This document shows positions 30,379 through 40,300 of a DNA stretch of 64,000 bases, piece by piece; within the stretch, counting starts at the first letter, position 1; the number at the start of each line of letters is the position of its first letter. The stretch lies in the NCBI GenBank assembly GCA_050951805.1, contig JBMNJT010000002.1, positions 352,001 to 416,000 of the forward strand, given 5' to 3'. The notes below the pieces were generated by a model, which was given only the letters and a program-made list of their open reading frames with translations, did no database searches and was not told the DNA's origin. A program made the position numbers and the translations under genes. The stretch is from Bacillota bacterium (GTDB taxonomy: Bacteria > Bacillota > DTU025).

Positions 30379-31257
30379 ATGAAGACGCTTGCAGATATGA
30401 TTCAAGAGTGGCAGTTGAGTATCGTCTCGATTCTCAAGGGGCTACAGGGTTACTGTAAGGTCAGATGTTGGAATTGGTCCAGCAGCTGGGTTGTATCAAG
30501 CGGTGTTTATTGCTTCTGGGCAGAACTTCCTCCCGAAGCACGCCCTATTCAGGCTAGGGTTCTTGAGGAATATCAACGATTGCACGATGTTCTTCAGGTT
30601 CTGTTGTGCGGCCAGCCAGATGACACTCTACGAGAATTGAAACAGGCGAATGAAGTGGTAATTGGTGTGATCAAGCAGGAAGGCTGTCTTCATTATGCCA
30701 CTGCTGATGAAGCTTTTTTGGAAGCCACAGAGGCCCTAAAAACCGCGGTTGGCCTTATTTCACGTCTTTACTCTGCTGAAGAAGACACGATAATTCTAGT
30801 GCCCGACACGAATGCGCTTCTCTATAACCCTGATCTTGATAGCTGGGATTTGTACGAAGGGCGGCAGTACAGGCTTGTTCTTCTGCCAACAGTACTGGCC
30901 GAGCTAGATAAGCACAAGATCAACCACAGGAACGAGAGTGTGCGCAAATGCTCAGAGCGGTTGATCAGGCAGATTAAGGAGTATCGCAGACGCGGAAGTC
31001 TAGTAGATGGGGTTACACTTCGGACAGGAAAAAGCGTGATTCAAACGGTTGCTATCGAACCTGACGCAAGTAAATCGCTTCCATGGCTCGACGCATCAAA
31101 CGAGGATGACCGACTACTCGCAGCGATGATCGAAGTAATCCGAAGGAATCCTCGAGCCTACTGCGTATTGGTAACACGGGATATCAACCTTCAGAACAAA
31201 GCTGAGTTCGCCAGAGTCCCTTATGAGGAACCTTCTGAACCTCAGAGGGCTAAGTAA
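30379..31257 (+). CDS. Helical N-terminal domain plus PIN (PIN_4/PhoH-like) ribonuclease
   Basis: LVPDTNALL, VLAELDKHK, NEDDRLLA, LVTRDINLQNKA. Confidence 0.85.
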   Translation: MKTLADMIQEWQLSIVSILKGLQGYCKVRCWNWSSSWVVSSGVYCFWAELPPEARPIQARVLEEYQRLHDVLQVLLCGQPDDTLRELKQANEVVIGVIKQEGCLHYATADEAFLEATEALKTAVGLISRLYSAEEDTIILVPDTNALLYNPDLDSWDLYEGRQYRLVLLPTVLAELDKHKINHRNESVRKCSERLIRQIKEYRRRGSLVDGVTLRTGKSVIQTVAIEPDASKSLPWLDASNEDDRLLAAMIEVIRRNPRAYCVLVTRDINLQNKAEFARVPYEEPSEPQRAK

Positions 31258-31716
31258 GGTGAAGTCAGCTGATGTATTGAGAAACAACTGACTTTGGCCC
31301 CTGCGGTTCTGTGCATGTGTATGTTCGCAGTCTTGCTACGTGGCCGTAACTGGGTGTTGCAGCTCCATGTGCTCCGTGGTCTCGCCCGAATGTCCCCAGT
31401 CAACAGATACTTGCCCGTAGGTGTTGACCTTGGTGTGCACCGGGCTGAGGACGTGGACATAATCGTGTAACAAGTCACAGACTGCTACGAAATACTGATC
31501 TTGCCTTTAGAACTGTACTGCGTTGTTCTTACACAAGTCCACAGCTTTGCCAGGCGTAAGAAGTTTGTAGATGCAGAGCGATCATTGGTATCCGGAAATT
31601 GAATAGAGTTGTGAGTTTGTTAACGCCATTTCAGAAAACCAGATGCCTAGTGCGTAGACTGGGTGGCATTTCGGCTGTGAAGTTCTGTAACGGTATATGT
31701 TTGGGGGCTGTAATCG

Positions 31717-32757
31717 ATGAGCATAAACCTTCGTGGTTCATATCGAGCTTTGCTTGGCAATGCTATTGAGGCGCTTTCTGCAGCTGTTGAAATATACAAC
31801 AAACCAAAGATAAGCTACAGAGAGGAATGTTCGATAATACTCTTGATAAATGCGTGGGAGCTCCTATTGAAGGCACTATTATCCAAGAACAAGCAACGCA
31901 TTTACTATCCCAAGAAGCGGAATCAGCCCTATCGGACATATAGCTTGAAGGATGCATTGACAAAAGCCGAGGAATTTTTCCCGGAAAGCGTTGACTATCA
32001 TCCAACAAGAGACAATATCTTGCTCCTCAAACGGTACAGGGATACTACGATACATTTCTACAATGATGAGTCACTTCATGTTCCGCTTTATGCTTTGGCA
32101 CAGACTTCAATAGTTAACTTCAGAGATGTTGTTAGTGAATCGTTTGACCGTGACATTGCAGAAGAGATTACTTTGTCGTTATTGCCGTTGTCCATTGCTC
32201 CGCCAATTGATTCAGTAGAGTTCTTAAGGGCTTGCGGTGGTAATGGAATGCAATCAAGACGAACTCGTGAATTTACGCAAAGTATACGCAACATTGTGAT
32301 CAAATCTGAAGAGGCGGGCTATGATACAGGGAGGATACTCACTGCCTTCAACGTTCAACTTGTATCGGTCAAGAAGGTTTCGTCTGCAGACTTTGTAGTT
32401 GGCGTAGATGGTAGTCAGGTAGGGGAAGGCCGACCCGTCCTCGTCCACAAACTCAGAGATCCAAACATTACGCATCCATACAGAGAGTCAGACATAATTA
32501 CAAGCAAGGCAAACCCGAATAAAGCTGGTCTAGAGCTCACAATTGGAGGAGCGAAACTGACCCAACATACGTTCAGGGCAATTACATGGAAATATGATAT
32601 AAGGAATCAGCCCAAGTACTGTTGGATGGCCAAGAACAGACATCTTGTTCTCTACTCCCGCGAATATGTCACATTTTTGAAACGCTTGACAGAGGATGAT
32701 GTCAAACAGGCGATTGCAGACTATAAGTCGTGGTGTAGGAGCCGGAACCATAGGTAA
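31717..32757 (+). CDS. DUF3644-family (HEPN-like) protein
   Basis: AVEIYNKP...LLINAWELLLKA N-terminus; RDTTIH fits the HEPN RxxxxH motif. Confidence 0.75.
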   Translation: MSINLRGSYRALLGNAIEALSAAVEIYNKPKISYREECSIILLINAWELLLKALLSKNKQRIYYPKKRNQPYRTYSLKDALTKAEEFFPESVDYHPTRDNILLLKRYRDTTIHFYNDESLHVPLYALAQTSIVNFRDVVSESFDRDIAEEITLSLLPLSIAPPIDSVEFLRACGGNGMQSRRTREFTQSIRNIVIKSEEAGYDTGRILTAFNVQLVSVKKVSSADFVVGVDGSQVGEGRPVLVHKLRDPNITHPYRESDIITSKANPNKAGLELTIGGAKLTQHTFRAITWKYDIRNQPKYCWMAKNRHLVLYSREYVTFLKRLTEDDVKQAIADYKSWCRSRNHR

Positions 32758-33167
32758 GCAACCTCAGACTGAGACTGAAAGCATTGGTGAATCCGCATCA
32801 GGGATGCCCATCAGTGACCTACGGGTTCCCGGCAGAGTCTTGGCGAGCAGGGTAGTGATCATCACGGCCGTGGGTAGGCCGCTTCGACCGGCAGCTGGTG
32901 CCGCCGAGCGCAAGCAAATTCCCTGAGCGAGGTGTTCACCCCTATGGTGCTTGCCCATAGCCAGTCGTGACATGGCATGCGATTGTTGAACAAATCACAC
33001 AAGTTGCAGAGCGAGGTTGAAGCACAAGAACGTGCAAAGAAGCGAACTTTCTATCAAGAAGAGATAACAACCTTTCATACACAATCTTATCACAGACCTC
33101 CCAAGCTGCAGATAATCGCCAACTATCTGGTTCGGCTAGCCAAGGTTAGTTAAAGGGTGATTGCAAT

Positions 33168-36100
33168 ATGAACGAAGTGATCCGTTCGTTGGGCACGTAC
33201 AGGTCTCGGCGAAACATGTCTAGGCACGCTAGAACCCTGCAAAAAGCGTGCAAAAGCATAAGGAACGATCCATTCTTCGAAGAATGGCACTTTGTGATCA
33301 TGGATCGTGATTCACCGTATAGAGGCCTCTTCCAAGAGTGCGTTCTTGGGGTTGTTGCCTGCCCTGGTTGGGCAGATCGGAGCAACGAGAGGCTCGTGCT
33401 TATGGCGCGGCACGTGGATGCGGACGAGCTTGGCCAGAGCTGCCGTCCCCGGAAAATCGAATACGCAATCAAGACAGTTGTTCTTCCTCCCCCGGGGTCA
33501 TTGCCCATAGCTCTTGGCGGGAGCGAAGACACATATCCCCCATACACCGAATCCATCCGCCTAGCTACGGCCTTTAGGGAGAGGGCCTGCGAATGGGAGG
33601 CTGAGTTGGCGCACAGAATGACAGCCCCTACATTGGACTCGTCTTTTGGCATGGCCCAACAAGGGCTATCTTCTATGTATGCAGATCAAATGCCAGAAGA
33701 TTATCTGTCCGAGAAGAGCCGCACGGGCGAGCCGCTGATGGTTCAAAATACACTGGAATGGCCCCAAGCGGCTAGCCAGGGCATACCCGATAGCGCGCCT
33801 CTGCGGCAACAGGTCTCAGATATGCCGGAATATGATTCTGCAGAAATGCAGCCTATTAGGATCGACGTTCCCGAGGCTACAACAATAACTCAATATGAGA
33901 CTCGCATCTCGGAGGTTCTCAAAGGCGCTCAGTTCTTGGGCCGCATTGAAATGCCAGAGGAGCAGCTTGAAGCCTTATTGGGAATCATCGCATCCCAACT
34001 TGATGGAGTCATGTATCCCAAAGCATGTGCGCGCCGCCTTGCCCAGAACTACCCTGCCGCTGTTGCGTACGCCCTCGTCCAAGTTGCCGCAGAAGAGTAC
34101 GCCGAGGGTGAAGTGTGGCCAAGAATCGCCGAGCATTTGGGAGGTCTGGAAACCGCGGTCGTGAACGAGTTGGGCATCAGCATTGAAAGGTGTCAGAAAC
34201 GTTACAATCTTGTGGACTGCGAACGGGATAGCAAACTACGATATGTAACCCCTATGCTGCTTCAGGGCGGCATCCCGGATTCCTGTATTTGCGAGCTCAT
34301 AGAAATCGTGCAGCACAATTGCGTGCGACGCGGAATCGTAACCCACAGTTCAGTGCTGCGCTGGTTCAAAGATGAGGTTAGGACAGGGCACTGGCGAGAA
34401 AGACAATACCAGATCTCCGAGCCTGTTTTGGACTTTCTTGAATACGGCGGTGCCTGGGCTGAGAAATGGGTAGTTGCTACGGCCATCTTTTTGAGTTCCC
34501 GATCAGGGTCGTCTGAGGGTATTAGTGACACGACTCCTAGCCGCCTAATTCGCGCCTTGGAGAGATGGGGGCGCGACCAGGTTGCAGCCGCATCGGAGAT
34601 CGTTGGGAGAGAGTGGGGCCGTGGCACGTATCCCCGACGTCTCGATGATTCAGCTTCAGGTGGAGACTTGCGGGCACCTATGCGTGCAAGGGTGGAGACG
34701 CGTCTGGCGGACAACCGTAGTGAGATAATCCTCAGCATCGGAAAACACACGATTGAAGGAGACTTCAGCCGTCCTGACTGGCTGGAAGCCATTGTTAGGA
34801 ACATTGGGGGCTCTGAGATCCGCAAGAAGACTCTCTCCGCTACAAGGGCGCCGGGAGGCGTGAGCGTAGATGCAGTCCTCATGGAAATACCCTGGGAGGA
34901 TGGTCCCTTGCAGCTGGATATCGAATACGGAGAAGATATCCTCCAGTCGTATCCTGTGGCAACTTTGGACTATGATGAGCCTTGGATGATGTTCTCTAGC
35001 TCCGGCAGGCTAGTCAAGGAAGACGTACTGGACCACGCCAACCTCTGGCTTGTATTGCCGCGCGAAGCTCGCATTTTGCCGGAGCATATCGTGGGGATGA
35101 GAGAGCCATTCCACGACGGTGGGGTCTATGACATAGCTTGGCTAGACCTTCAGGAGTGCGAGGAATACAAGCTTAGGATCGAATATGGCGACATCAACAA
35201 AGACTATGCCGTGCAACCCGAACTTAAGAGCGAGGAGATAAGGCTGCGCGGCGGCGATGCAGTGCAGGGAGCGTTCATCAAAGGCCACCCTATCTACATG
35301 GGCTCTCTTCCACATCTCAGGTTCTTGGTCGAAGGCGAGCACGGAGAACAGGCAGAAGGCTTCGCTCAACTGGAAGTGGCGATTGAGACGCTCGATGGCC
35401 AAACCAAACTGAGGGAGAGACTTGCAGAGAACCTCGATTACCTCTTGGAAGATGATGGTTGGCTTGACCTTAACCTCCTCACAGAGCTACTCGGGATATC
35501 GGCTGAACAGGATGTGAAAGTGAGCTTCATTTGGCAAGACGCCAACGGTATGCAGAGGAGCTATTCAGTATTCCGCATCTGCGGGCTGATAATCGATTTC
35601 GACGAGAAGGCCTTCGTGCTCCAAAAGGACGAGATTGCGAAGGCTGAGATGATCCTTCCGCCAGGGTGGAAGTTTGTTGCCGGCAGTGGCGTGAAGATCG
35701 CCGGAGGGTTCGACGATGTAGTCGAGCTCTACCTCGACATGAACTTGTATACGACGACATACGGATGGTTAGTCCGAGGTGGCCTGAAGCTGCCGATTGC
35801 TATAGAACCTCCTGTGGTCGCATGGCGCTTCTTGGGCAATGGGCAGACTCGCTATCGGCGCTTTGGAGGGACAACGGAGAGTATCTGGCTTGCGGACATT
35901 GATAGCGGGAAGTATGAGGCTATTGACATCATGACCACAGCTCCGTACATCTCCAGCGTCAGGCTGGAGGCTGGGCCTGCCCACGGAGATTATCAGTATT
36001 TTGCTGGAGACCGAAGAGTTGTCCAACTCAAGCTCGGCCAGCTTGCTGAGACGATACGTTCCCAATCCCCTCGCGCCAATCTATACGCAGTAATGAACTA

Positions 36101-37343
36101 CTCCGACTCCTCCGAGACTGCCAGGGTACACGTGGCCACAGTCCATTCGGAGTGGGCGCCAGAGAGCATCGAGGCGACCATAGCGGGTCCCGAAAACCAG
36201 CGGAAGATCTCATTGAACTGGGTGGGTATCGCTCCACGTTCTAGGATTATAGCCATAATGAGGCCAGCCTGGCTTAGCGGCGGCCTACGTCTGGAATCCA
36301 CGATAGAACCGGGTGAGCGGGAGTGCATATTCGAGGCTAGCAGATTGTGCCCTGGTCCATATTGCATCAGGTTCCTTGATGAAGAGGATCTTCTTTGGGG
36401 CGGGTCAGATGACGCCTCACCCGAAAGATTGATTTGGGTATCGGATGGTGACCCCCAGATACGCGAATTTGAGTTTGTAAGGGAAGGGACAATGCTGCGA
36501 TGTTCCGGTTCAGCCTGGCCCGAAAGCGTCTGCGATCATCTGACAGGGGCGGTGGTATGGAATAGACGAAATGGCGGGTTTGAGACAATTGAAATTGAGC
36601 AACTCGAAAATGGAAGGTTCGAGTTCAGCGTCTACGACGTCAAGAAGGATGCGAGCATAGTAGGAGTATTCTCTATTGAACATCAAATTCCATACCGTTT
36701 TGCCGCTGTGGGACCACATGACAGTGCCATGGAAACAGTGACCCGCGCCTCCGCGGCCCACTGGCTCGACCTGTTCGAACGCACTCCGTGCGGATTGCCT
36801 ATGCGGATAAAGCCAAGCGGCGTACTCCCCATAACCGTTCCACGCGTCCCCGCAAAGAGGATATTGAAGGGCCTTGCGGCTAACTTGAATGAAATAGAGT
36901 TCTCTGTTGATGACCCCAATTATCCGGGTCCAATCAAGCTTATTGTAGGTAACAGCGGAGAAGAATTCGATTTCTCCTTCCAACGTTTTCTCTGCGAGTG
37001 CACGGACCCTAATTGTCCGCATCCGCCAAGAGTGATTTTCCAAGAAGAATGGAATCAGCGGCACTACCCGAAATGCAAAGAGCTTAAGACCCACTACAAA
37101 TCCATTCGGGCTCGGATTTTGATTGCTTCCGATTTTGCAAGCCCCGTAGGTCGTATCGGCAGAGGAAGCAAGGCGTTTGAGCCCTATCTTCGTACCGTAG
37201 CAGATAGCTGCTTCAGGCCGCTTGCCGGCGAAACGGGAAAGCTGCGTAATCCTACCGAGCTGAGCGAAGTTCTGCTCCAATCATATGCCAGCATGTGCAG
37301 GGAACTCCTGGCCGAATGCGGCATGGGAAAGGAGAATGATTGA
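33168..37343 (+). CDS. Large DruH-like partner of the downstream helicase
   Basis: 1391 aa with no ATPase motifs. EYAEGEVWPRI and RYVTPMLLQGGIP resemble my recollection of the DruH (STY4851/ECs_5259 family) N-terminal motif. Beta-rich middle; TGATG overlap with the helicase. Confidence 0.6.
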   Translation: MNEVIRSLGTYRSRRNMSRHARTLQKACKSIRNDPFFEEWHFVIMDRDSPYRGLFQECVLGVVACPGWADRSNERLVLMARHVDADELGQSCRPRKIEYAIKTVVLPPPGSLPIALGGSEDTYPPYTESIRLATAFRERACEWEAELAHRMTAPTLDSSFGMAQQGLSSMYADQMPEDYLSEKSRTGEPLMVQNTLEWPQAASQGIPDSAPLRQQVSDMPEYDSAEMQPIRIDVPEATTITQYETRISEVLKGAQFLGRIEMPEEQLEALLGIIASQLDGVMYPKACARRLAQNYPAAVAYALVQVAAEEYAEGEVWPRIAEHLGGLETAVVNELGISIERCQKRYNLVDCERDSKLRYVTPMLLQGGIPDSCICELIEIVQHNCVRRGIVTHSSVLRWFKDEVRTGHWRERQYQISEPVLDFLEYGGAWAEKWVVATAIFLSSRSGSSEGISDTTPSRLIRALERWGRDQVAAASEIVGREWGRGTYPRRLDDSASGGDLRAPMRARVETRLADNRSEIILSIGKHTIEGDFSRPDWLEAIVRNIGGSEIRKKTLSATRAPGGVSVDAVLMEIPWEDGPLQLDIEYGEDILQSYPVATLDYDEPWMMFSSSGRLVKEDVLDHANLWLVLPREARILPEHIVGMREPFHDGGVYDIAWLDLQECEEYKLRIEYGDINKDYAVQPELKSEEIRLRGGDAVQGAFIKGHPIYMGSLPHLRFLVEGEHGEQAEGFAQLEVAIETLDGQTKLRERLAENLDYLLEDDGWLDLNLLTELLGISAEQDVKVSFIWQDANGMQRSYSVFRICGLIIDFDEKAFVLQKDEIAKAEMILPPGWKFVAGSGVKIAGGFDDVVELYLDMNLYTTTYGWLVRGGLKLPIAIEPPVVAWRFLGNGQTRYRRFGGTTESIWLADIDSGKYEAIDIMTTAPYISSVRLEAGPAHGDYQYFAGDRRVVQLKLGQLAETIRSQSPRANLYAVMNYSDSSETARVHVATVHSEWAPESIEATIAGPENQRKISLNWVGIAPRSRIIAIMRPAWLSGGLRLESTIEPGERECIFEASRLCPGPYCIRFLDEEDLLWGGSDDASPERLIWVSDGDPQIREFEFVREGTMLRCSGSAWPESVCDHLTGAVVWNRRNGGFETIEIEQLENGRFEFSVYDVKKDASIVGVFSIEHQIPYRFAAVGPHDSAMETVTRASAAHWLDLFERTPCGLPMRIKPSGVLPITVPRVPAKRILKGLAANLNEIEFSVDDPNYPGPIKLIVGNSGEEFDFSFQRFLCECTDPNCPHPPRVIFQEEWNQRHYPKCKELKTHYKSIRARILIASDFASPVGRIGRGSKAFEPYLRTVADSCFRPLAGETGKLRNPTELSEVLLQSYASMCRELLAECGMGKEND

Positions 37344-40300
37344 TGAGCATTGATCCTATTAGAACGAGCCAAGCCGTTGCTGAGGCCTATTACGGCTATC
37401 TATGTACTACTTTTCAGTTCTCGGATGAACGTTTGAGCGAGCAATTCAAGGCAGGGCTCAGGCAAAAGGACAAATACGTAAAAGGACCGATTGTGCAGGC
37501 GACGCCGCCGTTCAAGAAATCCCTGACGTTGAATGACCTTGTTGATGAAGGCATCCTTTCACCTCTGTTTTTGAAGTGCCCAGAAGACGTTCTCACTAGG
37601 CCTCTATACGTGCATCAGGAAGCTGCCATCCGAAAGATGGTATCGGGGCAGCGCAACATCGTAGTTGCGACAGGAACAGGAAGCGGGAAGACGGAGTGTT
37701 TCATGTTGCCCATCTGTAACCACCTACTTCGTCAATACGAAGCTGGCACATTGGGGCCAGGGGTCAGAGCGCTGCTGCTCTACCCGATGAACGCATTGGC
37801 GAACGATCAAGTCAAACGGCTTCGTGATCTTTTCGAGCCGTTCGAATTCGTCACCTTTGGACGGTATACAGGCGAAACGCTCAAGACTAGGGGAGAAGGA
37901 TTGGACGCCTACAGGAACACTTTCAACTGTGATCCTTTGCCTAACGAAATGATATCTCGTGAAGAAATGCAGACCCAACCCCCTCATATCCTCATCACCA
38001 ACTACGCAATGCTAGAATACCTGCTCCTCCGCCCTGAAGATGATCCATTCTTCGGCGGCTCCGACTCTGACAATTGGAAGTTTCTCGTGCTTGATGAAGC
38101 CCATACCTACACGGGCGTAAAGGGCATTGAGACAGCTATGCTTATCCGGAGGCTGAAGGATCGCGTGGTCGAAGGGGAGACCGGTGCTCTGCAATGCGTA
38201 GCTACAAGTGCTACCTTAGGCAGGGGATTGGATGATGCTCCAGGGATCATGGAGTTTGCGTCACGCCTGTTCAGCGAGGATTTTGAATATGATCCCGCGG
38301 ATCCTAGCAAGCAAGATTTGATCGTTGCTGAAAGAGAGCCCATTGACGAAAGAAGTATCTGGGGCAGACCGGATCCCCAGCTTTATGTTGTCTGGCGTGA
38401 CATCTTATCGCAAGACGACAGTGCAGATGCCGTATCAAGACTGGCGGAGGCGGCGATTGAACATCGCGTGCCCAATGAAGTAGTAAACAGAGCTTATGAG
38501 AGGTTTAGTTCATCAGCGGACGGTTTTCTCTATGGAGTAATGTCAGGCGATGAATATGTCGTTCGCACGCAGCAGCTTCTTGCTGAGGACCCGCTCGCCC
38601 TCACTGAGCTTGCCGGCATGCTCTTCGGTTCAGGTATGTCGCCTCATACTTCCGAGCAAAGTGCAGTTTCATTAATAGGTTTGGCCGTAAGGGCTAGGCC
38701 TTCCGAGGACAGCAGCCCGCTTCTCCCAGCCCGCTACCATCTGATGCTCAAAGCACTTGGTGGAGCCTGGTTGTCCTTTTTGCCTGAGCCCAAAGTCCAT
38801 CTTGACCAGGTGGCTAGAGTCACATGGGGCGATAAAACTGCCATGGCATATGAGGCTGGAGTGTGCCAGAAATGTGGAGCGCCCTATATACTTGGTGCGA
38901 GAGTGAATTCTGATTCGGGCAATGGCTGGCATTTGGCGCCAGTTTCAGCTGATAGCAATGATAGGGAAGCACGATACTACGCAGTGTTGGCTCCTGAAGA
39001 TCCTTCTGAAATGAGGCCCGACGAAGATGAAGATCCTATCGCGTACGACACCAGCAAATCCCTGTACCAGCTGTGTCCTGCTTGTGGAGATATTCGACGT
39101 GCAGATTCACTCGGAATTGAGTGTAGCTGTGGCGTCGAAAAAGTCCGACTTCTAGAGACGAAGTCTGCTTCACGCTTGATAGGCCGCTGCATTGTGTGTG
39201 GAGGACAGAACACGAAGCATGGAATTGTACGCAGAGTGTCATCTTATCCTGAAGCTGCGGCAAGCGTTATCGCTACATCCCTATATCAGGAACTTAGCTT
39301 TGATGAATCGGGTATGGAATCTCGTAACGGTCAAAGTGCCCCAGAAGTGCAATATGATGAAGACGGCTGGGTGATAGACGTCTCAGCCCCAAGGAGTGAA
39401 GACGCTGGACCACAGAAACTGCTTGTCTTCTCCGACAGTCGACAGGATGCGGCCTACTTCGCCCCATACATGCAGACAAGCTATGATCGGATGCTGCGGC
39501 GCAACATTCTTCTAGGAGCAGCCCGAGAGGCAATAGATGAGTTGCCTGACCTGAACATCATGGTTCCGGATCTATGGACACATGCGGAGCTGAAACTGAG
39601 ACCAGTGTTGCCGACGGGTTATGATGCGCTAGTAGAGGCTCAGAAATGGGTGCTGTACGAGTTTACTGGACGCGACAAACATGGTCTTGAACGTCTCGGA
39701 CTGCTTGGGTTCGAGTTAGAACGGCCTGAGCGATGGACAGTGCCCCTACATCTTCAGAGGAAATGGGGTCTGTCGGAGTCCGAATCATGGGATCTGTACC
39801 AGGCATTGCTAGACACGTTCCGGACAAGTGGAGCCGTAAGCGTGCCACGCGGCGTGGATCCAGAGGATGAACTGTTTGAACCGGGAAATCTTCTCGGATC
39901 ACTAACCAAGGCCGACCGCGACCGTCGCTATGTAAAGGCTTGGCTTCCCACGAGCAGCTCGACCGCGAACAAGCGGTCCGATTACTTGACACGCCTTGCT
40001 CAGCAAATTGGGCTTTGGGATGATCCGGAGAAAGCTGCTTGCGATCTGCTCAGCGACATATGGGACAGAGACTTGATGCCACATAATGCAAGAAGCCTGT
40101 GGAACGACTACTTTGAACCAGTGGTAGACAAGGGTGGAGGCGTTTCATATCGGCTAGTTCCAAACAAGTGGCGGATATTGGCTTACGGAAGCAGAAATGA
40201 ACCGAAGTGGTATGTGTGCGACAAATGCGGTAGGCTGGCATTGCGGAATATCAGGGGCGTATGCCCTCAGTATAGGTGCATGGGTAGACTCAACCAGGCC

